The notes under the pieces: model-generated
What the model was told of the DNA's origin: nothing
Databases searched by the model: none
Seen by the model: the letters and a program-made list of their open reading frames with translations, nothing else
Shown here: positions 1 through 15,800 of the stretch, piece after piece
Numbering within the stretch: the first letter of the stretch is position 1
Layout: the number at the start of each line of letters is the position of its first letter
Source: Campylobacterales bacterium
Lineage (GTDB): Bacteria; Campylobacterota; Campylobacteria; Campylobacterales; QNZT01
Direction of reading: 5' to 3'
DNA length: 64,000 bases
NCBI GenBank assembly: GCA_027068765.1
Contig: JAMOMC010000182.1
Coordinates: 2,955 to 66,954, forward strand
Made by a program: the position numbers and the translations under genes

Positions 1-3000
1 GATGATACACTAAAAGGTGATACAGCTACAAATATCATTGATGCAAAAGGTGGTGATGACACACTTATCACAACAGCTGGTAATGATCTTTTAAAAGGTG
101 GAGTTGGAAACGACACAATAATAGGTGATGCAGATGATGGTGTAGATACTATTGATGGTGAAGGTGGTAGTGGTGATACAATTGATTATAGTGCTTTAAA
201 CAATAAGATTGAACTCACTTTAGATAGCTCAAATAATGCAACTGTCTATATAGATGGTGGAGATAATGATGTTATAAGAAATGTTGAAAATATAAAAGGT
301 GGAACACTAGGAGATACAATTAGTGGTGATCTTTTTTCAAACACTTTAGAGGGAAATGGTGGTGAAGATACATTTTTTGGAGCAGGTGGAGATGATTATC
401 TTTTGGGTGGTAGTGAAAATGATTTTTTAAGTGGTGGTAGTGGTGATGACACACTTGATGGTGGAGTAGGTGATGATACACTCTATGGTGGTATTGGAAA
501 TGATACCATAGATGGTGGAGCTGGAGAGAGAGATATATTGGATTTTTCTACTACTACAACTGGAGTTAGTGTAGATTTAAGCAGTGAGAGTGAACAGTTT
601 ATAAGTTTGGCAGAGGGTAGTGATAGCATAAAAAATGTAGAGGATATTTTAGGCTCTTTCTTTGATGATACTCTAAAAGGAAGTAGTGAGAAAAATATCT
701 TAAGTGGTGGTATTGGAGATGATACATTTGAGGCAAATGATGGAGATGACACTCTTTATGGTGGAGCTGGAGATGATTGGTTTATAGCTACTAATAAAGA
801 TGATGGTACAGATTTATTAGAGGGTGGAAGTGGTTATGATACGGCTGATTTTTCTAGATTAAGTGAAACAATTTCTGTAAATTTAAATGATTTGGGTGAT
901 GGTACAATTGTAGTTAATGGCGGAGATACAGATACACTTAGAAGTATAGAGAATGTTATTGGGTCTATCTCTGAAAATACAATCATAGGAGATGATCAAA
1001 ATAATATACTTGTGGGTAATATCGCAGATGATTATATCGATGGTAGAGGCGGAGATGATACATTAAAAGGAGAGGGTGGAGATGATACTCTTCTTGGTGG
1101 AGATGGTGATGACTTGCTTGAAGGTGGAGATGGTGATGATACTTTAAAAGGTGAAGCTGGAGATGATACATTAAGAGGAGATGCTGGTGATGATACTCTT
1201 AGTGGAGGAAGTGGAGATGATTTTATAGATGGTGGAAGCGGTGTTAATACCCTTACATTTGAAGACTCTTTAGGTGAGATAAATATAAATATAAGTAACT
1301 CCAACCAACAAGATAGCGGTGAGGGAGATGATAAAGTTATAAATATCGACAATGTTATTGGCTCTAACCAAAATGATACCATAGAGGGTAGTAGTGGTGA
1401 TAATATCCTTGATGGTAGAGATGGCAATGATAGTGTAAGTTATCTTGGTGCAAATAGTGGTATTAGTATCAATTTAGCAGATACAAATGCACAAGATACA
1501 AACTATGGTGTTGATACTCTTTTAAATTTTGAAAATATTATAGGTTCTCTTTATGGTGATACACTTAGAGGAGATGCGGGTACAAATATAATAGATGCTT
1601 ATGATGGAGATGATTTAATCATAGCAACTGATGGTAGTGATAGGATAGATGGGGGAGCTGGGTCTTTGGATACTGTTGATTATAGTTTAACAGCCAAAGA
1701 GATAGATATAAAATTATCAGGTACAAGCTTCTCTACTGTAAATGTAAATGGTGGAGATAACGACACTATACGAAATATTGAAAATATCACAGGTAGTAGT
1801 CTAAATGACACAATAAGTGGTGATAATTTTGATAATAAGCTTTTAGGCTTTTTGGGAGATGATACACTATCAGGTTCTAGTGGAGATGATTATCTTGATG
1901 GTGGAGCTGGTGAAGATAGTGTTGATTATAGCTTGGCTACAAATAGTATTAATGTTGATCTATCTCAAAGCAGTGAACAAAATATCGGTGGTGGTGAGGA
2001 TAGTGACACATTGATAAATATTGAAAATATTATTGCTTCAAACTATGATGATACACTCATAGGGGATGATAATATCAATACAATTTTTGGTAGAGATGGA
2101 GATGATTTAATCATTGGAAAAGATGGTGATGATAATCTTTTTGGAGAGAGTGGAGATGATACCTTTAAAGCAACAGATGCAAATGATGGTGCTGATACAG
2201 TTGATGGAGGAAGTGGTGTAAATAGTGTTGATTATTCAAGCTTAAATAGCTCTATCTCACTTACACTAGATGAAGCAACTTTTACATCTGTAACAGTTGA
2301 TGGAGGAGATAGTGATAGTATAAGAAATATTCAAAATGTTATTGGCTCAAAAGTTAATGATAATATCGTTGGAGATAACAGTTCGAATAATCTTTTAGGA
2401 GATGATGGAGATGATACACTTCTTGGTAGAGGTGGAGATGATCTGCTTTTGGGTGGAGTTGGAGATGATACTTTAAGCGGAGATGTTGGAGATGACACAC
2501 TTTTTGGAGAGAGTGGAGATGATACACTTTTTGGAGATTTGGGAGATGATAGAGTTGATGGTGGAGTTGGAATTGATACTATCACTTATCAAAATGCTAC
2601 AACCTCTATAGATGTGAGTTTGAGAGAAAATATCGAACAAAATACAGGTACATCAACAGGCTTTGATACAATTTTAAATATAGAAAATTTAACAGGCTCT
2701 GCACAAAATGATACACTCCAAGGTAGTAGTGGTGATAATGTTATAGATGGAGCAGGAGGAGATGATACTATAACTTATAAAGATGCATCTTTAGGAGTTA
2801 ATGTTGATTTATCTCTAACTACAGCACAAAATACAAATGATGGATTAGACACCATTTTAAACATAGAAAATCTAACAGGCTCTTTGCAAACTGATACACT
2901 AATTGGAAATGATGGTGACAATATAATCAGTGGTAATGATGGTGATGATACACTAGAAGGTGGAGATGGTGATGATACATTAAGAGGAGATGAGGGTGAT

Positions 3001-6000
3001 GATCTCTTTTTAAGTGGTTTGGGTGCGGATGTTTTTGATGGTGGGGCATCTTTTGGTGACATGGTAGATTACAGTAGTAGTTCAAATGCTATATCTTTAA
3101 CATTAAACAGTAGCTCAAATGCAACTGTATCAATTGTTAATGAAGCAGATGATACTTTAAAAAATATAGAAAATGTTATAGGTTCATCATCAGATGATAG
3201 CATCGTTGGTGATTTAAACAGTAACTATCTTGATGGTAGCTTGGGAGATGATACTTTAAAAGGTGGCTTAGGAGATGATACACTTGATGGTGGCTTAGGA
3301 GATGATACACTAAGTGGAAATGGTGGAGATGATTTACTTGATGGAGGGCTTGGAGAAAATAGTGTAGATTATAGCTCCTCTACAAATAGTGTTAATGTTG
3401 ATTTGTCACAGAGTGTTTCTCAATATATAGGTGATAGTGAAGGTAGTGATACTTTAGTAAATATACAAAATATCATAGGCTCTACAAAAGATGATACATT
3501 TATAGGAGATAGTTCTGAAAATAAGATAGAAGCAAATAGTGGAAATGATACCTTTATCACAACAGATATAAACGATGGAAGTGATACTCTTGATGGTGGG
3601 CTAGGTAGTGATACTATAGATTTATCTGCTGTTAATAAAGCTATAGAGTTAGAGTTAAAAGAGAGTATCAATACAACTGTAATTATAGAAGATGGCGACA
3701 ATGACACAATTGTAAATATTGAAAATGTAAAAGGTGGAAGCCTAAATGATACTTTGCAAGGAGATAGTTTATCAAATACTTTGATAGGAAACGATGGAGA
3801 TGATACTATTGAAGGTGGTTTGGGTAATGATAAGTTAGAGGGTAGTTTGGGTGAAGATACTGTAAGTTTTGAGAATTCAAGTAACAATATAAGTATAAAT
3901 TTAAAAGATATAACGGCTCAAAATACAGGTGATGGAGTTGATACGATTGAAGGTTTTGAAAATATTTTAGGTTCTTCTAACAATGATACTATCCAAGGAG
4001 ATAGCTCTGATAATACTCTTGATGGAGGAGTTGGTGAAGATAGTGTTAGTTTTTTAAACTCAACATCAAGTGTAACAGCAAACTTAGATACAGAACTTTC
4101 AACTGGTGATGGAAGTGATACTATCTTAAATTTTGAAAATATCATAGGCTCTACTAATGCAGATACATTAACAGGTGATGATGAAGTTAATATAATTGAT
4201 GGAAATCTTGGAAATGATGTTATAGATGGTGGACTTGGTGCTGATAGATTAATAGGTGGAGAGGGGAATGATCTTTTTATCGGTAATAGCTTTTTAGGTG
4301 ATGTTATAGATGGTGGACTTGGAAGCAACGATAGAGTTGATTACTCTTCTCTTATTGATAGTGTTACTCTTGATTTAGATGGTACAACTGATGTTGTAGT
4401 AACAAGTGATGCAAATATTCATACTATTAAAAATGTTGAAAATATTACAGGTGGTAGTGGAGATGATACTTTAAGTGGAGATGATAATAAAAATATCTTA
4501 GAAGGTGGAAGTGGAGCTGATACACTTAAAGGTGAATTAAACGAAGATAGTTTATATGGTGGAGCTGATAGTGATAAACTTTATGGTGGAAGTGGAAATG
4601 ATCTTTTAAGAGGAGATGATGGAGATGATGAACTTTATGGTAATAGCGATAATGATGAGCTTTATGGTGGAGTTGGAAATGATATCTTAGATGGTGGAGA
4701 TGGAGCTGATATCATTCGTGGAGAGAGTGGGGATGATATTTTAAAAGGTGGAGCTGGAGATGATAAGCTTTATGGTGGAGATGAGAGTGCTGATAGTGGT
4801 ATAGATACTGCTGATTATAGCTTAGCTTTAAAGTCTATGAGTGTAGATTTGGCTGATGGAAATAGTGAAGGAAGTGCTAGTAGTGATGACCAAGGAAGTG
4901 ATAAACTTTATGGCATAGAGAATGTCATAGGCTCAAATAGTGAAGATGATTTAATTAGAGGAAACTCCTCTTCAAATTTGCTTGAAGGCATGGGTGGAGA
5001 TGATATACTTTTTGGTAGAGATGGAGATGATACTTTAAGAGGTGGTAATGGAGATGATACACTACAAGGAGAGAGTGGAGCTGATACATTAGAAGGAGAT
5101 GCAGGAGCTGATACATTTATAACCACAGATGCAAATGATGGGAGTGATGATATCGATGGTGGAGCTGATAGTGATACTATTGATTATAGCGCACTTGGTG
5201 TAGTTAATCAAATTGAGGTAGATTTAGCTGATGGAGTAGTTTCTAGTGTAAATATAAATGGTGGTGATAGTGATAGTGTTATAAATATCGAAAATGTTAT
5301 AGGTACAAGTGGAGATGATACGATTGCTGGAAATAGTGATGATAATACTCTTATGGGGAAAGATGGAGCTGATACATTATCTGGTGAAGCGGGAGCTGAT
5401 TTTATCTATGGTGGTGATAGTGCGGTTGATAATAGTACAGATGATACAGTTAGTTATGCTTACTTACAAACTCAAAGTATCAATGTAGATTTATCTACTT
5501 CAGATGCAGCCGTGGCAAATAGCACTGATATAGATAAATTATATGGTATTGAAAATGTTATAGGTGGAGATGCTAGTGATACTATAAAAGGTTCAAATGT
5601 CTCAAATACTCTAATTGGTGGAGATGGTGATGATACTTTAAGTGGACTTGGTGGAGATGACCAACTTCTTGGAGGAGAAGGAAGTGATACGGCTGATTAT
5701 AGTGATGAGGGTCAAATTGTTGCAACTACCTCAAGTGTAACTATAGGAGCTGATACAGATATATTAACCTCTATTGAAAATATCACAGGTTCACAAATAG
5801 GAGATGACGAAATCACGGGAGATGTAAATGAGAATACTCTTTTAGGTCTTGGTGGAGATGATACCATAGATGGTGGAGATGGAGTTGATTATATCGCTGG
5901 TGGAGATGGAGCTGATACATTAATAGGTGGAGCTGGTGGAGATATCTTAGAAGGTGGAGCTGGTGATGATATCTTTTTACAAGCAGATGGATATGCAGAT

Positions 6001-9000
6001 GATGATATAGATGGAGGAGATGGAGTTGATAGTGTAGATTATAGCACTACTTCAGTAGCTGGTGTGGAAGTGACATTAGATGGGGCATCTACATCTGTTG
6101 TAACTATAGGAGCTGATACTCAAAATATAGTTAATATCGAAAATATAATAGGCTCAAACCAAGATGATACAATCACTGGTGACTCTTTTAGAAATATCTT
6201 ATCTGGAAATGATGGAAATGATACAATCTTAGGAGCAGATGGAGATGATGTTATAGATGGAGGAGCAGGAGCTGATAATCTACGAGGCGGTAAAGGTGAT
6301 GATTTTATAGATGGTGGAGCTGATGATGATCAAATTTATGGAGATGATGATAGTGATACACTTTTAGGAAATATAGGTGATGACTGGATTGAAGGTGGAG
6401 CTGGTGAAGATACATTGTTGGGTGGAGATGGAGATGATACTTTAATTGGTGGAGCTGACAATGATAAGATTTATGGTGGAGTTGATAATGATACTGTAGA
6501 TTATAGTAGTGAAATCTCATCGGTTAGTGTATCATTGACAGATGCTTTTGCAACTGGAGCTGATATAGGGTATGACAATCTATATGATCTTGAAAATATA
6601 ACAGGTGGTAGTGGAGATGACACTATTAAAGGTGATTTAGGTGTTAATACTTTAAAAGGTGGAGCAGGGGATGATACTGTTATCGCAGGAAGTGGTGATG
6701 ATATTATCGATGGTGGAGCAGGTGAGAGTGATTTACTTGATTATTCAGAGTTAACTCTTAGTGATGCAGATGGAATCACAGTTGATTTAGCACTCACAAC
6801 CGCTCAACTCATTCATGTAGATTATGGAAATGACACTATAAGTAACATTGAAAATATTATAGGCTCAGATGCTACGGACTTTATAAGAGGTGATAACAAA
6901 GCAAATAACTTACAAGGTGGAGCAGATAACGATACACTTTATGGTGAAGGTGGTGATGATACACTTCGTGGCGGAACGGGAGATGATACTTTTAGAGGAG
7001 GAGCAGGCGAAGATACTATATATGGAAATGCTGGAACTGCTGATTTGATTGATTACTCATATGAAACAAACATAATAGATGCAAACCTTGATAGTGGAGA
7101 TGTTAGTATCGCTGGAGCATTAGAAGATAGTATAAGTGGAATTGAAAACTATCTAGGTTCAAGTGGTATAGATATAGTTATAGGAAATTCTAGTGCAAAT
7201 AAGATTGAGACTGAGAGTGGAAACGATACACTAAAGGGAAGTTTAGGAAGTGATATCTTAGATGGTGGAGCTGATGAAGATACGGTTGATTATAGTGGAT
7301 ATAGCTACAGTGTAACAGTAGATCTTGATAGTGATGATAATGATGTAAATGGCAATGTAGGAACAGCTCTTGATTCACAAGCTACAACAGACAATCTTTT
7401 AAGTATTGAAAATATAGTAGGAAGTGCTGGGAGTGATGTGTTGGAAGGCTCATTTGGTGTAAATACTATAATGGCTGGAAGTGGAAATGATACACTTATA
7501 GGATTAGAGGGGGCTGATAGGCTTATTGGTGAAGATGGGGTTGATACTATTGACTTTTCACAAGCAACCAATGGGATAGAAGTGAACCTTTTGGCTACTC
7601 AAACAGATGGTACTGATACAACTTATAGAGTACAAAATGATGGTTTTGGAAATAGAGAGTTTGTAGATAGTGTTGAAAATATCATAGGAACTGATCAAGT
7701 TGATATTATCATAGGTGATAATGCAGATAACTCTATAAGTGGAGGAGCATCTGATGATACACTAAGTGGTAAAGGTGGAAGTGATACTCTTAGTGGTGGA
7801 GCTGGTAATGATACTTTTAGTGGTGGAGCTGGTGATGATATCATTGATGGAGAAGCGGGAAGTAACAATGTTTTGGATTATAAAAACTCTAGTTCAGCCA
7901 TAAAAGCTGATCTTTCAAACTCTATTGTAACTGGTGAGGGAGCTGATAGTGTTAGCAATATCCAAGATATTTTAGGCTCAATTTATGATGATACTATCAT
8001 AGGCGATAGCGGAGTTAATACTCTAAAAGGTGATGATGGAAGTGATACTATAAAAGGTCTTGGTGGTATTGATACTCTCATGGGAGAAAATGGAGAAGAT
8101 TTTTTACAAGGTGGACTTGATGGTGATAGCTTAGATGGAGGAGCTGATAATGACTGGGCTGATTATAGCTATATAAGTGATACAACTGAGATAAATGCAG
8201 ATCTTTCAAATACAAGAGTAGAAGAGTTAGCAAATGCTTCAAACTTTGATACAACTATAAATATAGAAAATGTCAAAGGAAGTAAAAATGATGATATTAT
8301 CAAAGGTGATGATAATTTTCTTATAGATAATACACTTGATGGATATGATGGAGATGACACACTTATAGCTTCACAAGGTAAAGATATATTTGATGGAGGA
8401 GATGGGGCTGATGTGCTTGATTTTAATCTTGCTACAAACAGAGTTATAGTTGATTTGGCCTCTGGAACTATCAGTGATGATGGATATCAAAATGCTACAG
8501 TTGCAGTTGAAGATAGAGTCTCAAATATAGAAAAAATCATAGCAACTGGGTTTGATGATACCCTTTATGGAAATACTCTCTCAAATACTTTAGTTGGTGG
8601 TGAGGGAGCTGATGTTATAGATGCAAAAGAAGGTGATGATGTTATAGAAGGTGAAGCTGGAATTGATACTCTTAGTGCAGGTAGTGGTACAGATATAGTT
8701 TATGGTGGAGATGATGGAGATACAATCTTTGGAATCTCTGGGGCAAATGAGCTTTTTGGAGAGAGTGGAGATGATACTTTTTTTACAGGAAGTGGAAATG
8801 ATACAATAACTGGTGGATTAGGAAGTGATACTTTAAGTTATGCATATAAAATAAGTGGAATAGTTGCAACTCTAAGAGATGGATCGGCTGATAATTTTGG
8901 AGATATAAGTGCTGGTAGTGAAGGAGTAGATAGATTAAAAGATCATATAGAAATCATTCGTGCAACAAATGAAGTTGATATTTTAAAAGGGTTTGATGGT

Positions 9001-12000
9001 AGTGCAATTGGTGGGAACAGCTATGATGATACTTTTTATGCTAGAGGAGATAATGATACACTTTGGGGTGGTATAGGAGATGATGTTCTTTTTGGAGATG
9101 GTGGAAATGATATTATCAAAGGACAAGAGGGTGCTGACACGATAGATGGTGGTACTGGTGACAATGATATTCTTAGCTTTGATGAAGATAGTATAGATAG
9201 TGGTGTTGAAGTTTATTTGGATGGTAGTAGAGGTGCTGAGGTTATAAATGATGGGTATGGTACACAAGATGTAGTTGTAAATATAGAAGATATCATAGGA
9301 TCAAAATTTGGTGACACTATAAAAGGTGATGCTAATGAAAATACCATTTTAGGAAATGGTGGAGATGATCTTTTAATCGCTAGTGGTGGTAATGATGTTA
9401 TAGTTGGTGGTGAAGATAATGAGATTAATGGAGATACAATCAGTTTTGCTGATAATACTACTGATATTTATGTTCGTCTTGATAATAGTAATGTTACAAC
9501 TGGAATAGCTTCTATCACTGATGTGGAAAATGTTATTGGATCCAATTATAATGATGATATTTTTGGAGATACACAAGATAATACTCTTGATGGTGGTTTA
9601 GGCAGTGATGCAATTTATGGCGGAGATGGAGATGATACTTTAATAGGTGGAGATGGAAATGATGCTTTAAATGGTGGAGATGGAATAGATAGTTATGATG
9701 GTGGAGATGGTAGTGATGGAATAGGATTTGGGTGGGGTGCTGTTAATGTTGATTTGGCTGGTGGTGATGTTTTTGATGATGGTTATGGAAATGAGGAATT
9801 AAATTCTATAACAAATATTGAAAATATTTCTGGAAATAATGGAGATGATATACTGCAAGGAGATGTTGAGAATAATATTATTAGAGGTAATAATGGTCAA
9901 GATTTTTTAAATGGTCGTGATGGAGATGATCTACTTCAAGGTGGCGAAAATGAAGATATTTTAGTTGGAGGAGATGGAGATGACAATCTTCAAGGTGGAG
10001 AGCAAAATGATACACTCTATGGTGGTAAAGGTGTAGATATTATAAATGGTGGAGATGAGGTAGATACAGTAGCTTTTGATAATCTTTATGGTGAAGATGA
10101 TTATACACAAAATATAGAAGTTGATTTGTCTATAAACAGTGTTATAAATGATGGTTATGGAACTTCAGATACTTTAATCTCAATAGAGCAAGTTCAAGGC
10201 TCAAATTATGCAGATACTTTAAGTGGTAGTATAAATGGTGATAAACTTTTTGGTAATGGTGGGGATGATACTATCTATTTATCAGATGGTTTAGATGAAG
10301 TTGATGGAGGAGATGGGAATGATTGGCTTGGTTTAGAGAAAGTTAGTTTAGGTGGGGCAACATTTGAATTAAATTTTGATAAAAATACAAGTAATTTTGA
10401 AAATATCATAGGTGGGAGTGCAGGTGAAAATGTTGATGGAACTGATGGGGATAATATCTTTTTAATGAATGGTGGAAATGATGAAGTTTATGCAAAAGAT
10501 GGTGACGATATTATCGTTTTAGGTGATGGAAATGATAGGTTTATTAACTCTAGTGGATCAGATACGATGATTGGTGGGGCTGGTGTTGATAGATTGGAAA
10601 CACATTGGGGTACAGCAAATAATGGAATAAATTTTCAGATTAAAGATTTAAGTGGAAATTTTACAACTACAACTTCAAAAACTGTTGATGGGGTTATTTA
10701 TGATTTTTATGAGTTTACAGATGCAACTGGCGATACTGATTTTATTGCAAAAGCGGATGTAAAAGGGGCTGATTTTGAAAATATTTACACAAAAAATTAT
10801 GGTACTTATAACGATACTATAAGTTTTGATGATAATGATAATGTTATTTCCACTTATGATGGAGATGATATTATTTACGGTTGGGGTGGAGATGATGATA
10901 TTGATGCTGGAAGTGGTGCAGATTATGCACGTGGTGGAGATGGTGTAGATATAATTCGTGGTGGTGATAATGATGATACTATCTTTGGAGATAGTGGAGC
11001 TGATAGACTTTATGGTGATGGAAACAGAGATACACTTTATGGTGGAGATGATGATGATATATTAGAAGGTGGATTAGGTGATGATATACTTTTTGGAGAA
11101 GTTGGAGCTGATACTTTAGGAGGAGGAGCTGGAAATGACACTCTTTATAGTGATGAAGGAGTTGATGTAATAGACGGTGGAGCTGATGAGGATACGGTTG
11201 TATTTTCTGAAGGTACATTAGGAGTAGAGGCTATAGTAAATGGAGTTTCAGTAGATGCATTTGGCAATATTGAAAATTTATCAAATATTGAAAATTTAAT
11301 AGGTACAACTAAAAATGATACTTTTACAGGAGATGCAAATACAAATACTCTAATTAGTGGTGATGGAGATGATATATTAAATATTACAGCAGGAGAAGAT
11401 TATATTGATGGTGGGGTTGGAGTTGATAAGATAGTTTTAGCTGATGTTGATACAGTAGTAAATATCTCAAACACTATAGATAATCTTACATATGATTCAA
11501 ATACACAGACAGTTTTACGAATTGAAAATGTAGATGGTGGATTAGGTAATGATGATGTGACTGGAAATGTATTTGATAATATTTTAGTTGGTAACGGTGG
11601 TAATGATATATTAAAAGGGAATGAGGGAGATGATACTTTAAGTGGTGGAGTGGGAGCTGATACTCTTATAGGAAATAGTGGAACAAATACTCTTGATGGT
11701 GGAGCTGGGTTAGATGATTGGGCATTTTATGATGAAGCAAGCAACGATGTTACAGTAGATTTAACAGCTGGGAGTGCATCGGGTTATGGTGTAGATACTC
11801 TAACGGCTATTGAGCATATTAAATTTGGAATCGCAAATGATATAGCTTATGGTGATGGACTATCTAATAGCTTAGTTGGAAATGGTGGAGATGATACACT
11901 TTATGGAAATGGTGGAGATGATTATTTAGAGGGTGGAGCTGGAAAAGATACTTTAAGTGGTGGAGTTGGTGTAAATGAGCTTTTAGGAAATGGTGGAGAT

Positions 12001-12850
12001 GATACTTTTATCATATCTGGAGGTACAGATGTGATAGATGGTGGTGGTGCTAGTGATACAGTTGATTTTTCAACTGGTGTGGCTATTGATTTGACACTAG
12101 AGGGCTCTACAAATGTTACAACTGGTACAACTACACTTAAAAATGTTGAAAATGTTATAGGTACAGCTGGAAACGACATTATAAGAGGAGATAGTGAAGA
12201 TAATAGCCTTGAAGGTAAAAGTGGAGATGATACTCTAAGTGGTGGAATTGGTACAAATATTTTAAATGGTGGAGATGGTAGTGATTGGGTTGATTATAGT
12301 GGTGCTAATGCAGTTGATATAAATTTAAGAGATGATAGTGGTAGTGGAGTAGGAGTAGATACACTTACAAGTATTGAAAATGTTATAGGTTCATCAAATG
12401 ATGATATATTTAGAGGTCAAGCAGCTGAAGTAAATGAGTTTAGAGGTGAAAGTGGAAATGATACACTTTCATATGACAATGCAACAAATAGTGTAACGAT
12501 AGACTTAACCAATAATCAAGCTACAAATGATGGTGGTGGAGCTATTGATAATTTTTCATCTATTGAAAAATTAATAGGTTCAAGTTATGTAGATAGTTTT
12601 AGTGGGGATGTTACAGGTATTGAGATTGATGGTGGTGGGAGTAGTGATAGTGTAGATTATAGCTTAGAGAGTGCTTTAAATATTACATTTGGTTCAATAG
12701 ATAGTGTAAGTGATGGAGTAAATACAGATACTATAACAGAGGTAGAAACTTTCATAGCTTCAGCCAATGGGGATAATATTTATGTAGATGCAACTGCAAA
12801 TCTGAAAGCTATTGATGCTGGTGGTGGAGATGATACACTTCATTTTACCT
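1..12850 (+). repeat. RTX beta-roll module array inside the giant CDS (variable 60-120 aa modules)
   Basis: The motif pair recurs throughout: a run of GGxGxDxLx nonapeptides, then xxVDYSxxxxxIxVDL, then DTLxNIENxxGS. The last clear nonapeptide (AGGGDDTLHF) is near nt 12,830. Confidence 0.8.
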
Positions 12851-15800
12851 CTACAGCAAATGGTGATACACTAACTTTAAGTAACTCTTTGAGCAATCTT
12901 GAAAATGTGGTATTAGATGGTAGTGCAGATACAAATGTAGATGTAAGTAACCATAGTGTGGCTTTAAATATCAGTGGAAATAGTGGTGATAATGTTATAA
13001 CAATAGATAGTGAGATAGATACTATAGATGCAATAAGTGGAGTTGATACACTTAAATTAAATGCAAATAATTTAAATCTAGCAAATATAGACTATAACAA
13101 CATAGATATAGTTGATGTAGATGTAAATGATGCGACTATAAATAGTGCAAAACTAAATAATCAAACTTTAGATTTTGTAGGAGCTGGCAAAGTGACTTTT
13201 ACAGCAGGTACAAGTGCTAACAATAACTATGCAAATATAACAAACTCACTTACAAATGGGCTTATAATGATAGTAGCCTCAACACTTACTTTAGCTGGTG
13301 GTGATAATCTAGGAAGTATTAACAAAATTGATGTAACGGCAGGAACTTTTACATTAGATGCATCTAAGTTAGATGGTAAAACGATAGATATAGGTGATAT
13401 TGGAAATGTAGTGATAAATGCTCAAAATGGAGAGGATTTATCAAATCTTACACTGAGTGGTAGTGGAAATGTGACAATAAATTTAGCAGATGGTACAGCT
13501 ACACTAGATGCAAGTGGTATAGATACATCATCTTTTACAGGTTCAATAACTATAAATGATGGAGATGGAGCTGATAGTATAACAGGCTCACCATATGGAG
13601 ATACAATTGCCTTAGACAGTGCACCAACACTTATAAATGGAAGCAGTGGAAATGATACACTTATTATAAAAGAGAGTATGGATTTAAGAGTTACTGCACT
13701 TGATAGTATTGAGGATATAGTTGTAAATAGTGGCAAGATACTTACTCTAACATCAGACCAAGCAACTGCCTTAAACTCACTCACAGGAGTTGGTAGTGTT
13801 TATGTAGATGTTGTGACTGACAATGCCGATTTATCGAGTGTTGCTACAACAGGAGCTGATAATACTGCTATATTTACTCAAACTAGAGATTTTACATCTG
13901 GGGATTTTGGAACTATTAATAAGGTTGAAATTCAAAATGGTACAACAACCGTAACAGATGATATATTAGGAGAGACAAGAACAGTTAATGGAGCAGGATC
14001 TATTGTAGTTGAAGTTAATGGAAACTCAGATGCGAATTTTGCAAACTTAACTCTTGATGATTCAGCTAATGAAGTGGTAAGATTTACAGGAAGTTCTACT
14101 TTTAGTGGTGATTTTGTAGACTCTTATGTTGAGGTTATAAGTGGAGTTACTTTAACAACAACAGCACTAATTGCTGATGGAGTTACCGTATCAAATAGTG
14201 GAACTATCAAAGTAACCAATCTTGAAACTAAAACAGATGCAGATATATCTCTTATAAATGGAGATGTAGAGGTAGATTCAAACAGCGATGTAATTTTTAG
14301 TGGAAAGTTTGGAGTAGCAGATGTAACAGTAATTTCAAATACACTAACTCTTGGCATGACAAATGATGCAGACTATGGTACAGGGACTAAAACTATAAAT
14401 GTCGGAGCAACTCTAAATGGTACAGCCGCACTTTTGAGTGATAAAACGATATCAAATAGTGGAACAGTTGATATAACAGATTTAGATAGTACATTAGATG
14501 CTGATTTTTCAAATATAGATAACACAAAAACAGCCACATGGGATAGTGCAATCGATATTTTTACAGGTGAATTAAATGGTACAGATGTAACAATTAGTGC
14601 AGGAAAAATGACTATAACTGAAACAAAACTTGACGAGTCAGAGATAACTGGAGCTGGTAGTATAGATGTAGAAGTTACAGCAAACTCAGATCAAGATTTT
14701 GCAAATTTACAACTTGATACTCCATCAAATGAGACAATTATATTTAAAACAAACAACTCTACATTTATTGGAAACTTTCAAAATTCTAGTGTAAATATAG
14801 ATGGAGTTATACTAAGTGTTGATGCGGATATAATTAACAATGTTGATGTTACAAATACAGGTACAGCAGATATAACAAATCTTGAAGGTGCAACTGCAAT
14901 TGATTTGACTAAAATTATTGGCGGAGATGTAGATGCTGATTGGAGTGGAGATGCTATATTTACAGGTAATCTTGGAAGTGCAGATTTAACTGTATCTAGC
15001 GGTACTATGACGATTGATGATAGTGCAGTTATAACTGGTGCTTCAAGTATAAATGTAGATGGTACAGTGATTGTAAATGCTTCTAAAGTAGATGGTGATA
15101 CTATAAGTGGAACTGGAATACTAACGGTTAATAATCTTGATGCAACAACCAACATGGACTTTTCAACTCTTACAACTACAACTATAAATACTGATTGGAG
15201 TGGAACTGCTACAGCATATACAGGAAATCTTACAAATGTAGATATTTTAAGTATATCAAGTGGAACTATGATTGTAGCAGATACAACATTAGGCTTAACA
15301 ACAGTTAATGGAACTGGAGCATTAACACTAACAGTAGATGATGGAACATTAGAGAGTTTAGCTAATGTTGCAAATACAGGAATATTAACTCTTGATTTGG
15401 CTGACACAATTGATTTGAGTACAAAAACTGATTTAGGCAATGTTGATGCTTATATAGTTGCAGGTGCAGAAACATTAACTCTACTTGATTCTCAAATAGA
15501 TGCAAACAGTGCCACAGGAGGTGGAAGTTTAGTTATCAAAACAGATACAACAAATGTTGATTTAAGTTTAGTTGCAAGTGGATTAAATACTACAATGCAA
15601 TTTGTAGGAGATGCCACTTACATAGGAGATACTACAAATATTGATAATTTTGTTATAGATAATGCTATAACACTTACAATAGCTGAAGATAAAGTTGAAG
15701 CTAAAAGTGTTACAGGAGCGGGTTCTATAGTAGTTGAAGTGGATGGTGATTTAGGTACTAATTTTGTAGATTTAGCTCTTGACACTCCTTCAAATGAAAC

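Noticed and set aside
403-405. The track's start codon (M) for the giant ORF at nt 403.
   Set aside because: It is a TTG inside the repeat ...GGDDYLLGGSEND.... Frame 1 has no stop from nt 1 and the upstream 134 codons are the same RTX repeat type, so the gene is 5'-truncated by the window.
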